Of a stretch of 64,000 bases of DNA, positions 38,969-49,495 are shown piece after piece (position 1 is the first letter of the stretch; every line of letters starts with the position of its first letter). The notes under the pieces are model-generated. The model was given only the letters and a program-made list of their open reading frames with translations, was not told the origin of the DNA and did no database searches. The DNA comes from Gammaproteobacteria bacterium (lineage in GTDB: Bacteria; Pseudomonadota; Gammaproteobacteria; UBA4575): positions 832,001-896,000 of the forward strand of contig CBDEUS010000002.1 of NCBI GenBank assembly GCA_965243395.1, in the 5' to 3' direction. The position numbers and the translations under genes were made by a program.

Positions 38969-38984
38969 TGTGAACCGTATCACA
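38969..38984. promoter_or_regulatory. Perfect CRP box upstream of the Fn3 lipoprotein gene
   Basis: tt-TGTGA-accgta-TCACA-aa. Confidence 0.75.
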
Positions 38985-39239
38985 AATATAGAGAATCGCT
39001 TACGAGATCGGTATAAGCGGCATTATTGACAAGACAAAAGGTGTTGCTTGTTTTAGTTACCGTAGAAAGTTTGCTTAAAGTTTCTAAAGATAGAATTTAA
39101 ATCGTTTTTTTAAAGTGCTTAAAACGATTAGAAAGGTAAAGAACTGATAGCTATTAAAAATACAACTAAGCACTTTAATGTCAGCGATATGTTGTAGTCT
39201 TTTTTTATATAGATCGCGGCTAATTAGTGCGCATTAATT

Positions 39240-40184
39240 TTACTTTTTTGCACCCACGCACACAGTTGTGAAGGCAAGACGCACTAAAGCCCATCGAGGA
39301 GAAAGACCGAGTTTTTTTACTTTAGGAATTTTGAACAGTCTCATTATATTGCGTGCACCGGCACGATCCCCTACTCGTAGTCTTCGATAAGTTCCGGCAA
39401 GAATAAACTGATGGAAAAATTGAGCCTGCGATTGTTTTAATACTTTCTCTGATAATACACCTGAAGGAACAAATTTCTGAAAAATGTTTGCAAGTATTGA
39501 TATCGACTCTTCATTGAAGAGCGCGTAACTATCGGCTCCAGGGTGGACATAATAAGCACAGGTAACGGATCGTAACAAACGAACACCGAAGGTACTAAAT
39601 AGCCTAATGTACATCGCGATATCTTCTTTTCCTTTTAGGCCTGATTCCCATAAGCCAACTTCAGCGTAAGCATCACGGTGAATTACTATCGCAGGCATAC
39701 GTACCATAGAAGAGTTTGACAATATTCGCTGCAATGCTCTTGCAGGCGGAAGAAAATGATCATGGTTATATGTATGAGTGCGAAGAATTCGGTCATTAGG
39801 ATCGACTACATTGACACCGAATAATAGAACACGATCTGATTGTACTGTTCTATCTAAATTATCAAGTATTTTGGATAAACCTTCAGGTAACAAATAATCA
39901 TCATCATGTAGTACCTGTATCCATTTGCCCGTTGCTAGAGTGATTGCTTGGTTCTGGTTATCAATACGTGGTAAGGCAGGGACATTATGTCGATAAATAA
40001 CTGGTCCGAGCCAAGTTTGTTTAAACTCAGTAACGAGCGCTTCGGATTCGTTATTTGTTGAATTATCGGAAATAATGACTTCGACATTCTTCATCCGCGG
40101 ATGAGGGTTATCCTGTAACGAAGCTAACGCCTTGCGTAGCAAGTCGGGTCGATTATAAGTAGGGATACAGATGCTTAATTGCAT
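39240..40184 (-). CDS. Glycosyltransferase family 2
   Basis: SICIPTYNR, IISDNS, VLHDDD. Confidence 0.92.
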   Translation of the reverse strand: MQLSICIPTYNRPDLLRKALASLQDNPHPRMKNVEVIISDNSTNNESEALVTEFKQTWLGPVIYRHNVPALPRIDNQNQAITLATGKWIQVLHDDDYLLPEGLSKILDNLDRTVQSDRVLLFGVNVVDPNDRILRTHTYNHDHFLPPARALQRILSNSSMVRMPAIVIHRDAYAEVGLWESGLKGKEDIAMYIRLFSTFGVRLLRSVTCAYYVHPGADSYALFNEESISILANIFQKFVPSGVLSEKVLKQSQAQFFHQFILAGTYRRLRVGDRAGARNIMRLFKIPKVKKLGLSPRWALVRLAFTTVCVGAKK

Positions 40185-40570
40185 GTTATTGATTTAATTG
40201 AATTTAATACTACCTAACAATATGAGTGGTTTTTAGGCTTCCAGGTTCATATTAATCCTAAAAGAGATGAATCACATCTGCTCGTGATTATGTTATTTGT
40301 ATTTGTTTAAACTTGTGTTTTTTAACAGAATTAGTTCATAGAATTGTATAAACAATACAATAAATTGAAGATTATATTTGTGACATATGACAATTAACTA
40401 TCTATCAATTTAATTATACTACTCACTCTCTTAGTCATCACTTTATAGCTATGTTAAGTTTAATCACTGATGAGTTGGTGTTTATTGAGTGATCGACAGC
40501 AATGAGCATATATAATTAACTATACATAATACGCTTGATATAAAAATATAATGCAGGTCTTACTGCATTT

Positions 40571-41461
40571 TTGGTGAATAATTTGCAAAATCAAACAAAA
40601 AGATGGTTGCTTACAAAAGTAACTCAAATCCCTTTTATATATTCGCTAGTTACAAATAGTCGATTCAAACTAGAGCGTCGTTTAATCAAGGGTATCAATT
40701 CAAACTCTAATAATCATAAAAGCATAATTCATTTCTCGGTTAACAAAGCCGCTACGCAATATACAAAATCGATTATAAGTCGTTGTGCGAAACATAATGG
40801 CTTGCAGCACGTGCAAATGAATGAGTACGCGAGACATTCAGATTTTCCTTATTTGGATCATCTTTCCGAACAAGAAATGAAAAAGTATCAGCATTTATTT
40901 ATACCCACTGGATATCTTTATAGTGTATTTGGAGGGATGATAGATGGAATTCCTAGTCTTGAGAATTATTACACTATATTGATGGTTCGAGATCCAAGGG
41001 ATGTAGTTACATCTTGGTTTTACTCGATTGCTTATAGCCATTCCCCTCCTGGTGTCCATAAATCAGATGAATTTTATGAGAATGCAAAATATGCTCAAGA
41101 ATTTGGAATTGATAAGTTCGTAATCAAGAATGCAGATAAAACTCGTGTTGTATTTCAACGTTATCTTGATCTGTTAGTTAATAAACATTCAAATTATCAT
41201 CTAACTAGATACGAAGATATGACTAATGATTTTGAAAGCTGGTTAAGCAATCTTCTTCACTATTGTGAGCTCGATGTTTCTAGTAGCTTAAGACAGGAGC
41301 TACTAGATGAGGCATATAGTATTCGCCCCAAAAATGAGAATATAAACAAACATATTCGCCAGGCTAAGCCCGGCGACCACAAAAGAAAATTAAATCAGAA
41401 TACGATAGATTATATTGAAGAATTATTTGCAGATATTCTAAAGGGATTTGGATATTTATAA
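40571..41461 (+). CDS. Sulfotransferase domain protein
   Basis: HFSVNKAAT (atypical 5'-PSB), MVRDPRDVVTSW (3'-PB), RYEDM, HIRQAKPGD. Confidence 0.8.
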   Translation: MVNNLQNQTKRWLLTKVTQIPFIYSLVTNSRFKLERRLIKGINSNSNNHKSIIHFSVNKAATQYTKSIISRCAKHNGLQHVQMNEYARHSDFPYLDHLSEQEMKKYQHLFIPTGYLYSVFGGMIDGIPSLENYYTILMVRDPRDVVTSWFYSIAYSHSPPGVHKSDEFYENAKYAQEFGIDKFVIKNADKTRVVFQRYLDLLVNKHSNYHLTRYEDMTNDFESWLSNLLHYCELDVSSSLRQELLDEAYSIRPKNENINKHIRQAKPGDHKRKLNQNTIDYIEELFADILKGFGYL

Positions 41462-41569
41462 ATAAATTTTTATAGTAAGTATGTAAGGTAAACGATTTAA
41501 CTTAGCATCGTCCGTTTAAATTTAGTTTATTCAATTTATAATACTACAGCTTGATTAAGCTGTTGTTTA

Positions 41570-42511
41570 TTATTCAATCCAGCGTGTAAGATCTTGTTCA
41601 ATAAGATCTTCTAGTTTTTTTATATCTTCCAAAAAGTAGCGTTTAGTTATGTCGCTGCGCTGATCTTTTGTTAATGGTTTTGTTGAAGTGGATTTACTAC
41701 CAAGCTTTTGATATTGCCGACCTGCAGATTTAATTAACCCCTGCGCTTGTGGTATGTGTTTTAGTATGACTTTTTTCAGGGGTTTTACCGCGATAATAGA
41801 TCGGTATAACAGAGAATCTCGTGAGAAACCTGACTGATTATATTTAGAACTCGTATCCGGCTTATGGTTTGAATCAACTTCCAAGAAATCAAAAATAGGT
41901 TGAAAAAAATCCTTTTTTTGCAGGTTTTCGAAAAAGAGTATCTTAATTTTATTTTTATTAAAAATATCATAATATCTTTTTAAATTACGATAATGATAAT
42001 TACCATCTAAGTAAGAAGTCCCTGTTCCAGCTTTTTTAACTTGTTCGCAGTTGAGATCGATAATTTTTGAAAAATCTTCAGGGTTTTTATTACTCTCTCT
42101 ACTCAAATTGTAAAGATAGCGAGAATAAGCACTTTCAACAGGGTGGCGTAAAATAGCCATAATTTTCGTATCAGGAATTGATTCTTTAATTCGACCCGGC
42201 ACTTCAGGAGTGTAAAGATAAGCGGGTGATGTTTCTCCAATGGCAGTATGGCTACTGGTAGCGCTGTCAAAGCATGCATGATAATTTTCGATTGTCGTCG
42301 CTGAGCCACGTGTTATTTTTTCACGTCTTCCTAGACTTATGCTTGATGTAGGCTCAGAGTTTCCATAGAACAGAAAATAATTTGTTTCCTTGATAGGGCT
42401 CATGAATACTTGAGGGTGAGTATCCAATGCATAGTGGAGTGATGTTGAGCCACTTCTGGCAGCACCAATAATTATAAAATTAGGTAAACGTCCCTTTTTT
42501 TTATTTTGCAT
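41570..42511 (-). CDS. Sulfotransferase (heparan-sulfotransferase-like fold)
   Basis: PNFIIIGAARSGSTSL..HPQV..KET..GETSPAY..ILRHPVE.AYS. Confidence 0.92.
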   Translation of the reverse strand: MQNKKKGRLPNFIIIGAARSGSTSLHYALDTHPQVFMSPIKETNYFLFYGNSEPTSSISLGRREKITRGSATTIENYHACFDSATSSHTAIGETSPAYLYTPEVPGRIKESIPDTKIMAILRHPVESAYSRYLYNLSRESNKNPEDFSKIIDLNCEQVKKAGTGTSYLDGNYHYRNLKRYYDIFNKNKIKILFFENLQKKDFFQPIFDFLEVDSNHKPDTSSKYNQSGFSRDSLLYRSIIAVKPLKKVILKHIPQAQGLIKSAGRQYQKLGSKSTSTKPLTKDQRSDITKRYFLEDIKKLEDLIEQDLTRWIE

Positions 42512-42870
42512 AGCAAACTGTTCTTATATAAAAATAGTCTAAGAGAGTAAATGAAATAGAGTGAGGATACACGTCCTTGTTTCAATGATAATGATTCACT
42601 TGTATTAAATAAACCAACCTTAGAATAGAGTGAGAATACACGCTTTTTGACACTTAGATAATAAATCACTTATTTTAAAAAGCCAACCATAAAAAACATA
42701 GTGATTATATTTACGTGAGTAGTCTCTCAGATTGATCGACTCAATAGACATATACTTACATCAAAATGAGTCATGACTAGAGCTAGATAAAACTTTACCA
42801 TACCGTTTTATCAAATTACACAGCGAATCCGTAACAATTAATCTGTCGATTTAATACTTAATAGTTATAA

Positions 42871-44025
42871 ATGAAAGTAAGAGAAAAAATTAGTTTTATT
42901 TCGTTGATTGTTCCTAGCTATAAAGTATTTATTTGTGAAGCTTTAGATAAAATATATGCAGGACGTTTTTTTGTCTTACATGGGCAAGAAAGGCCTGGGG
43001 CCACGCCCAGAGATATTACAGATATACCCATTCAAAACAATATTAATGTTAAGAATCGTTACTGGTTTTTTAAAGGTATTGCTATTTCATGGATGCCAGT
43101 AATTTGGTGGTTTCTTAAAAATAGACCCGGAACGATCATTTTGGGAGACGGAGTGAGGATACTGAATAATTACGTACTTCTTTTTATTAGTAAATTAATT
43201 GGCACAAAAGTCTTGTATTACACGCATGGTTATAACCATCAGGCTGAATTTACACGTACATCATTTGTTGATACGGCAACAGAGCGTATACGAAAATTTT
43301 ATTTCTCACTTAGTGATGCGTTGATTGTATATACCGACTCTAATAAAACTTATCTTGAAAATGCTGGGGTTAAGACAAAAATATTTGTATCACGTAATAC
43401 TATTGATACGCCGACTCTTTTAGAGAGAAGCGCCAAGGTTAGTGCTGAAAGAATTAAAAACCTGAAACGAAATTATAATATTCAAGAAGACCAACGCGTT
43501 ATAGTTTATTTAGGCAGGATGGTTCCAGAGAAAGAAGTCCATCTTTTTGTCAATTTAATAAATCAACTGAATAAAGTGAACAACAACCGTTACTTTGGGA
43601 TCGCAATCGGCGATGGTTCTTTGCTTAGCGAGCTAAAAGAATCGTCAACAGACTTACCTATAAAGTTTACAGGGCACTTGTCTGGCCAAGAGCTATCTGA
43701 TCATTTGGCATGTTCAGATTGCATGTTTATTCCAAGTCATGTGGGTCTTGCTGTCGTCGAGGCATTTTGTGCGGGTCTGCCCTTTGTCACTTGTGAAGGG
43801 CGTCATCATAGTCCTGAGGTTGACTATATCAATCACGAAACTAATGGTTTAATTTTGAACTCTGTGGAAGCGCCCAATATGGCCCTAGAAGTTGCGAAAT
43901 TGTTAGAGGATGAAGATGCATTGGGCAAGATGTCAAAAAATGCATTCGAAACAGCGCAAACATTGCATCCAGATTTTTCAATTGATTCATTTGTAGCTGC
44001 GATAGAGTACGCAAATACAAATTAA
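42871..44025 (+). CDS. Glycosyltransferase family 4
   Basis: YLGRMVPEK, IGDGS, GLAVVEAFCAGLP, ETNGLI. Confidence 0.92.
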   Translation: MKVREKISFISLIVPSYKVFICEALDKIYAGRFFVLHGQERPGATPRDITDIPIQNNINVKNRYWFFKGIAISWMPVIWWFLKNRPGTIILGDGVRILNNYVLLFISKLIGTKVLYYTHGYNHQAEFTRTSFVDTATERIRKFYFSLSDALIVYTDSNKTYLENAGVKTKIFVSRNTIDTPTLLERSAKVSAERIKNLKRNYNIQEDQRVIVYLGRMVPEKEVHLFVNLINQLNKVNNNRYFGIAIGDGSLLSELKESSTDLPIKFTGHLSGQELSDHLACSDCMFIPSHVGLAVVEAFCAGLPFVTCEGRHHSPEVDYINHETNGLILNSVEAPNMALEVAKLLEDEDALGKMSKNAFETAQTLHPDFSIDSFVAAIEYANTN

Positions 44026-44059
44026 CTAAATATACTCTTATTGTGATGAGGTGAGTTTC

Positions 44060-44866
44060 TTATCCAAAAGATTCAATTTTTTCACTTCCATCTGGCATAA
44101 CCGGTGTGAATTGTCTCAAGCCAAGATGCTGCAACAATATGTTAGTTAAATAGAGTGGGTTGAGAATTATGTAGCGTCGCCAAAGGCGTTTTGGTTCTTG
44201 AATTAATCGGAATAACCATTCGAAACCAGAATCTTGAAGACTTTTAGGTGCTTGTGGTAATAAGCCAGCATGAAAATCAAATGCTGCTCCTACCGCAAGG
44301 ATTGGCATACTTAAAAGTTCACGGTATTCAAATGCCCATGTTTCTTGTCGGGGGCATCCTAGTCCTAAAAATACTCCATCTGCACCAGAAGCTTTTATTC
44401 TTTTTACAAGCTCTGTACGTTCTTCTGAGTTTAGTTTTCTAAATTTAGAAGGTTCGATTCCTGCAATTATTAATTTGGGAAATTGTTTAACTAAGTTTTC
44501 AGAAAATTTTTCTAAAGTTTCTTTAGTGCTGCCATACAAATAGAGTTTTAGCCCATGTTCAGCAAATGCTTCTGCTACACGCAAAGTAAGATTTGGGCCA
44601 TAGACACGATCAGGTAATCGTTTTTTGTGCAACCAGTTAAGCGCCCATCTTACTGGTTGGCCATCTGGTACAACCAGATCTAATCCATTAAGGCGTCGTG
44701 CATGAACTGAATCAAGTAATCCAGTCATCACGCCATGCACTGCTAGAGCGCTGACCGCATATGGAGATTTTTTTTCAGCAGCTTCGACGATAGATTGAAC
44801 TGCATAATCATAATCTACCGCATGTACATTAATTCCTAAAATGGAGTGTTTACCTTGATTAATCAC
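44060..44866 (-). CDS. WecB/TagA/CpsF-family glycosyltransferase (GT26)
   Basis: [45 protein letters not shown]; GTG start overlaps the upstream TGA, with a GGAG RBS. Confidence 0.93.
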   Translation of the reverse strand: MINQGKHSILGINVHAVDYDYAVQSIVEAAEKKSPYAVSALAVHGVMTGLLDSVHARRLNGLDLVVPDGQPVRWALNWLHKKRLPDRVYGPNLTLRVAEAFAEHGLKLYLYGSTKETLEKFSENLVKQFPKLIIAGIEPSKFRKLNSEERTELVKRIKASGADGVFLGLGCPRQETWAFEYRELLSMPILAVGAAFDFHAGLLPQAPKSLQDSGFEWLFRLIQEPKRLWRRYIILNPLYLTNILLQHLGLRQFTPVMPDGSEKIESFG

Positions 44867-45930
44867 TCTGAACTCCATCGTTCAACATTCTTTTCATAGA
44901 TTTCTTTTAAAATGATTGGTACATCGTGTTTTATGGACCAATTGGGATAATCTTTTTTAAACTTATCAAGATCACTTATATACCAAATGTGGTCGCCACT
45001 ACGGTTATCATCAGTATAAGAGTAATTAAATTCCTTTCCTGATATTTCTTGGCAAATATCGATTGCCTCAAGCATTGAACAATTGCTCTCTCGTCCACCT
45101 CCGATGTTGTACACCTTTGCTGACCCTGGGTTTTTAGTGAATTCGTAGAATGCTTCAATCAGATCTGCTGAGTGAATGTTGTCACGAACTTGTTTGCCTT
45201 TGTATCCAAAGATTGTGTAAGGAACACCAGTTACTGCACATTTCATCAAGTAAGCTAAGAAACCATGTAATTGTGTCCCGGAATGATTTGGACCTGTCAA
45301 ACATCCGCCACGAAATGAAGCTGTTTTCATATCAAAATATCTTCCGTATTCTTGCACTAATACATCTGCAGCTACTTTGGATGCACCAAATAACGAATGT
45401 TTACTATGATCAATACTCATATCCTCAGAAATTCCATTTACATATCTATGAGTTGAATCGATCTCCCATCTCTTCTCCATTTCGATTAACGGTAATTCAT
45501 TGGGTAAATCACCATAAACTTTATTTGTAGAGGTAAATATAAATACAGCTTCAGGGCAGTATGTTCTTGTAGCCTGTAATAAATTAAGTGTGCCGTTAGC
45601 ATTCACAGTAAAATCAGAAAGTGGGTCACTTGCTGCCCAATCATGCGAGGGTTGTGCTGCAGTGTGAATGATTAATGATATTTCTTTGCCATATTTTTTA
45701 AAAATCTTTTCAATATCATCATAATTACGTATATCGATATCCTGATGTTCGTAATTACTTACCTGTTCCTCTAGACGTTTTCTGTTCCACTTTGTAGAAG
45801 CTTCTTCGCCAAAGAAAAATTTTCGCATATCGTTATCAATACCAATAACTTGCATGCCCAAATTGGCAAAAAAAAGCGTGGCTTCAGAACCGATTAAACC
45901 GGCTGAACCTGTGATTACTACAACAGACAT
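44863..45930 (-). CDS. NAD-dependent epimerase (CDP-paratose 2-epimerase/RfbE-like)
   Basis: [41 protein letters not shown]. Confidence 0.88.
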   Translation of the reverse strand: MSVVVITGSAGLIGSEATLFFANLGMQVIGIDNDMRKFFFGEEASTKWNRKRLEEQVSNYEHQDIDIRNYDDIEKIFKKYGKEISLIIHTAAQPSHDWAASDPLSDFTVNANGTLNLLQATRTYCPEAVFIFTSTNKVYGDLPNELPLIEMEKRWEIDSTHRYVNGISEDMSIDHSKHSLFGASKVAADVLVQEYGRYFDMKTASFRGGCLTGPNHSGTQLHGFLAYLMKCAVTGVPYTIFGYKGKQVRDNIHSADLIEAFYEFTKNPGSAKVYNIGGGRESNCSMLEAIDICQEISGKEFNYSYTDDNRSGDHIWYISDLDKFKKDYPNWSIKHDVPIILKEIYEKNVERWSSE

Positions 45931-46062
45931 ATTCTCTCCTTGTGGATACTGTCTTTAACTCAAATTTTTTAATGATAGTTTTAATTAATATTTAAACTAT
46001 TTTTTCACGAAAATATTTTTGTGGGCAGCAAATATAAAAACACTAAGATGTTAATTGTGTAT

Positions 46063-46869
46063 TTATATAGACCTCTTAATTAATTCACTATAATAATTTT
46101 TAATTTTTGAATCTTTTATGATTTTCATTTCACTTATTACAGCTTTAGAAGCCTCAATCCCTTTCGAGTCATATATTGGTGTATGTTTATATGCTTGAAG
46201 CATGGCAGGCTCAAACTCAACATCTAGGAACTCGCATATTTTTTTTGCGGTTGGCTCTGGTTTTGTAACCAAGCTGTTAAAATTCACAATAATTATTCTG
46301 TCTGGATGTTCATTTTGTAAAGTGAAAATTACTTCAATTGCACGGGACCATTCTTTTATAGCAGCCTCTTTAGTTCGTTTTGTTCTTTTAACCATAGAAG
46401 AAGTAACACTTTCAACATCTCTCAAAATAGCAACTACTTTGAGTTCTGGGTTTTTTAGGTAGTCAGATATTGAATACTTTGATGACTTTGCTTTTCTAAA
46501 AAGAGGTAAAATTGGTCTAAGTTTTATAATTCTTGCAAGAACTAAATCCAATATAGTCCAGCGGCTCTGTAGTTCAATTTGATTAGGGACGCAAAGTTTT
46601 ACACCTTTATAGTGACTTGCAAGAATACGCCCAGCTCCTCCCCACAAGTCTTCGAATAACACGCCAATCTTTGAATGCGAAGCTATCATAGCAGCTAGGA
46701 GAGTTGTTCCAGATCGTGCTGCCCCTAACACTAAAAGATTCGTATCCACAACATACATAGGCGGCCGCGATGGACGAGATAATCTTGAGTTAAAATCCTG
46801 AAAATATGAAAGCATCGGTATATATGTTTCTTTTTTTTGAGAAAAATTAGTATAAAAAAATTTATTCAT
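46063..46869 (-). CDS. Sulfotransferase
   Basis: VLGAARSGTTLL..SHSKI; AILRD..SSM; LVTKPE..ICEFLDVEFEPAML. Confidence 0.85.
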   Translation of the reverse strand: MNKFFYTNFSQKKETYIPMLSYFQDFNSRLSRPSRPPMYVVDTNLLVLGAARSGTTLLAAMIASHSKIGVLFEDLWGGAGRILASHYKGVKLCVPNQIELQSRWTILDLVLARIIKLRPILPLFRKAKSSKYSISDYLKNPELKVVAILRDVESVTSSMVKRTKRTKEAAIKEWSRAIEVIFTLQNEHPDRIIIVNFNSLVTKPEPTAKKICEFLDVEFEPAMLQAYKHTPIYDSKGIEASKAVISEMKIIKDSKIKNYYSELIKRSI

Positions 46870-46875
46870 GAAAAA

Positions 46876-48171
46876 TTAATTTAACGTAATAGGGCTTGTA
46901 TCCGCAGCAAAAACTTTTCGCGTCCCGCAAGAAAACCCATTGAATATAGCTATTGTGCCAGTTGAATCCCAAGCGGGATGAGCATCAACTCTCATTTCTC
47001 TATTAGAGCCCGTATAATCTGCCAATGCCCCTATACGGGCTAAAACATGTTCTTTCCCGCTAGATAGGTCGATAAGCCGAATGGGAACTGTGCCATCTCC
47101 ATAACTTATTGGTTCTTTTGGATATGCATCCGTTAATAGAAAGCGTCCACTAGGATGTAAAGAAGGATGCCCGGAACCTGTTGACTCACCTATAGCTTCA
47201 ATTGGTCCTCCATCGTAGCGGAATTTAACAAAGCGCAGCCCGTCACCATATGCATTTAAATTCATCATCACGTGTTGGCCATCAGGGCACCAGTTAGGAT
47301 GGTGTCCACCTTTCGCCCAATTTTTAGCACTTACCGCGATTTGAATATCACTACCATCACTAGCCATGGTGATTACATGTTTCAACATATTTTTTTTACC
47401 TGCAGCTAGTTTCCTATTCTTTTGAAAAACTTTGCGCAATATATTTTTTTTAGGTACCCATCGTACAATCAGCATTAATCGATCACCTTGTGGATTCCAC
47501 TTAGCGTGGAAGCAATAAAAGCTACCGTTTTGATAGTTTTTATTTTGTAGCTGTGGACATGAATTCACAATCTGATTTAGAGAAACTAGGAGTCGAGATT
47601 GCCCAGCATCTAGGTCAGTAATATATAAACCATCATCATCAGGCGCGCCGATGTTTTCGGGCACGAATTCAGGGGGTGCCATTACTCCATATCCACGTTG
47701 TGTTCGTGCAGTTCGTAATAAACAAGGACTCACACTTTTAGTTCCATCTGGCGAAACGTGATAAATCGTTCCTGAAAGTTGAATGCTTGTAAGCGAATTG
47801 ATGTCAAGCTTTACGCCAACTGGTTTCCAATTATTAGTATTTATATCGTTATAGTACAAGTAATTGTCTGTAGATCCCCATTGTACTTGTGCACCAAGCT
47901 GGGTATCCCAGCCGCGAGTTTCTGCTATAACTCTTTCGTTACCAGATTCCAAGTCTATTAAAATAATCTCTGCAATATCTCCCGGAACCGGAGTGCGATC
48001 TTCACAAGGGAATTTTATTACTGCGAGATATCGTCCTGATGGACTTATTGGGCTTGTATCAAAAAAACGGTGTATGACTGCTCCTGTGTTGGGAGTGAGA
48101 CAGTAAGCGGGTACAGCCGGTTCGTAATCGAGATAGCGAGGGAAGCTTTTGGACAAGTCAGGCGTGTTCAT
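46876..48171 (-). CDS. Beta-propeller protein, oligogalacturonate-lyase/TolB-like
   Basis: FFDTSPISPSGRY, WDTQLGAQVQW, HAKWNPQG, GHHPNW, GHPS..LLTDAY, RVDAHPAW; no signal peptide evident. Confidence 0.65.
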   Translation of the reverse strand: MNTPDLSKSFPRYLDYEPAVPAYCLTPNTGAVIHRFFDTSPISPSGRYLAVIKFPCEDRTPVPGDIAEIILIDLESGNERVIAETRGWDTQLGAQVQWGSTDNYLYYNDINTNNWKPVGVKLDINSLTSIQLSGTIYHVSPDGTKSVSPCLLRTARTQRGYGVMAPPEFVPENIGAPDDDGLYITDLDAGQSRLLVSLNQIVNSCPQLQNKNYQNGSFYCFHAKWNPQGDRLMLIVRWVPKKNILRKVFQKNRKLAAGKKNMLKHVITMASDGSDIQIAVSAKNWAKGGHHPNWCPDGQHVMMNLNAYGDGLRFVKFRYDGGPIEAIGESTGSGHPSLHPSGRFLLTDAYPKEPISYGDGTVPIRLIDLSSGKEHVLARIGALADYTGSNREMRVDAHPAWDSTGTIAIFNGFSCGTRKVFAADTSPITLN

Positions 48172-48354
48172 TATGATCTTGTCTCAATGTTGTATATTTC
48201 TTGGTTTATAAAACTAATTGATAGTAAGCATTCCTGCTAAATAGTTCCGTATAATTTTGCCATCAATTCACATAATTTACTGTGATCTATGTACAGACAT
48301 AATACGATAGAAATAGGCAATTTGAGCACGGAAAACTTTATATTAGGCCATTAC

Positions 48355-48370
48355 TATGAGCTACATCACA
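48355..48370. promoter_or_regulatory. CRP-like box (9/10) in a divergent promoter region
   Basis: TATGA-gctaca-TCACA. Confidence 0.5.
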
Positions 48371-48566
48371 TCATGTCATATTAATGGGTGATCTTAAGAA
48401 CAGTATGTCGTATAAATTGATAGTTAGAGTAATTATTTTAAACAGTAGTTGCTCTATGGAGCGCCATACTTACCAGCTACTAACAATTTGCAAATACTAA
48501 TAGTTTTTTATTAGATGAGTTATCACGTGTGCCTACCTTCAAAGATTAATCGTCAGGGAAAATCAA

Positions 48567-49481
48567 GTGGTTAATACATTCAGCAATAGCAGTGATCGAA
48601 AAGCTAATCACGGAAGCGCCAAACTTCCAATGTTTTTAGGAATTGGTGCTCAAAGATCGGGTTCGACTTGGTTGCATGAGAATCTCAAACCGCATCCGGA
48701 AATATGGCTGCCTCCAACTAAAGAGATCCATTATTTTAATGATCTTCGTGATGGGCCATTTTTTTGTGAGAGATATCGAAGCAAGTTCAGGATAAGAGCC
48801 GGTTTGACTAAAAACTCGATACTTAAAGGCGAGTGGTCATTTGCGGATTTCAAATGGGATTTAAAATACTTATTAATGCCAAGGTCTGATAAGTGGTACA
48901 CGAGTTTATTTTCCCAAGGTAAGCATCTTGTCGCAGGTGAGATTACTCCTGCCTATTCGACATTATCAGAAGATGTCGTTGCTTCAATAAAGAAAATAAA
49001 TCCTGAAATGAAAATTATCTTTCTTATGCGCGACCCTATAGATCGTTCTTGGTCACATGCTAGAAAAGATTTACCAGGTGTATATGGGAAACCAGTTGAG
49101 GAAATTCCAACTGATACAGTACTTAAGTGGTTTAATGAACCTTACTGTGCATTACGTACAGATTACGTGCGAACATTGGAGATTTGGCAATCTTATTTTC
49201 CTAAAGAGCAAATGTTTATCGGATTTTTAGATGAAATTAAACTTGATCCAGAGAATTTTTTGCTTCGAATTTATGATTTTTTAGGCGTGGAAAAATCTAC
49301 AAAATATCTTCCCAAAACTTTGCATGCAGTGGTTAATGCTAGAAAGAAAACTGATATGGCGCCAGAGTATGAATATGAGCTTGCTAAAATTCATGAGCCT
49401 AAGCTGGCAAAACTTAAACAAATGTTTAACACATATCCTGCTGAATGGCATGCGCGTTGCGTATCAATATTAAATCGTTAG
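48567..49481 (+). CDS. Sulfotransferase
   Basis: FLGIGAQRSGSTWL..HPEIW..KEIHYF, GEITPAY, MRDPIDRSWS. Confidence 0.92.
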   Translation: MVNTFSNSSDRKANHGSAKLPMFLGIGAQRSGSTWLHENLKPHPEIWLPPTKEIHYFNDLRDGPFFCERYRSKFRIRAGLTKNSILKGEWSFADFKWDLKYLLMPRSDKWYTSLFSQGKHLVAGEITPAYSTLSEDVVASIKKINPEMKIIFLMRDPIDRSWSHARKDLPGVYGKPVEEIPTDTVLKWFNEPYCALRTDYVRTLEIWQSYFPKEQMFIGFLDEIKLDPENFLLRIYDFLGVEKSTKYLPKTLHAVVNARKKTDMAPEYEYELAKIHEPKLAKLKQMFNTYPAEWHARCVSILNR

Positions 49482-49495
49482 CAGGCTTATAATTG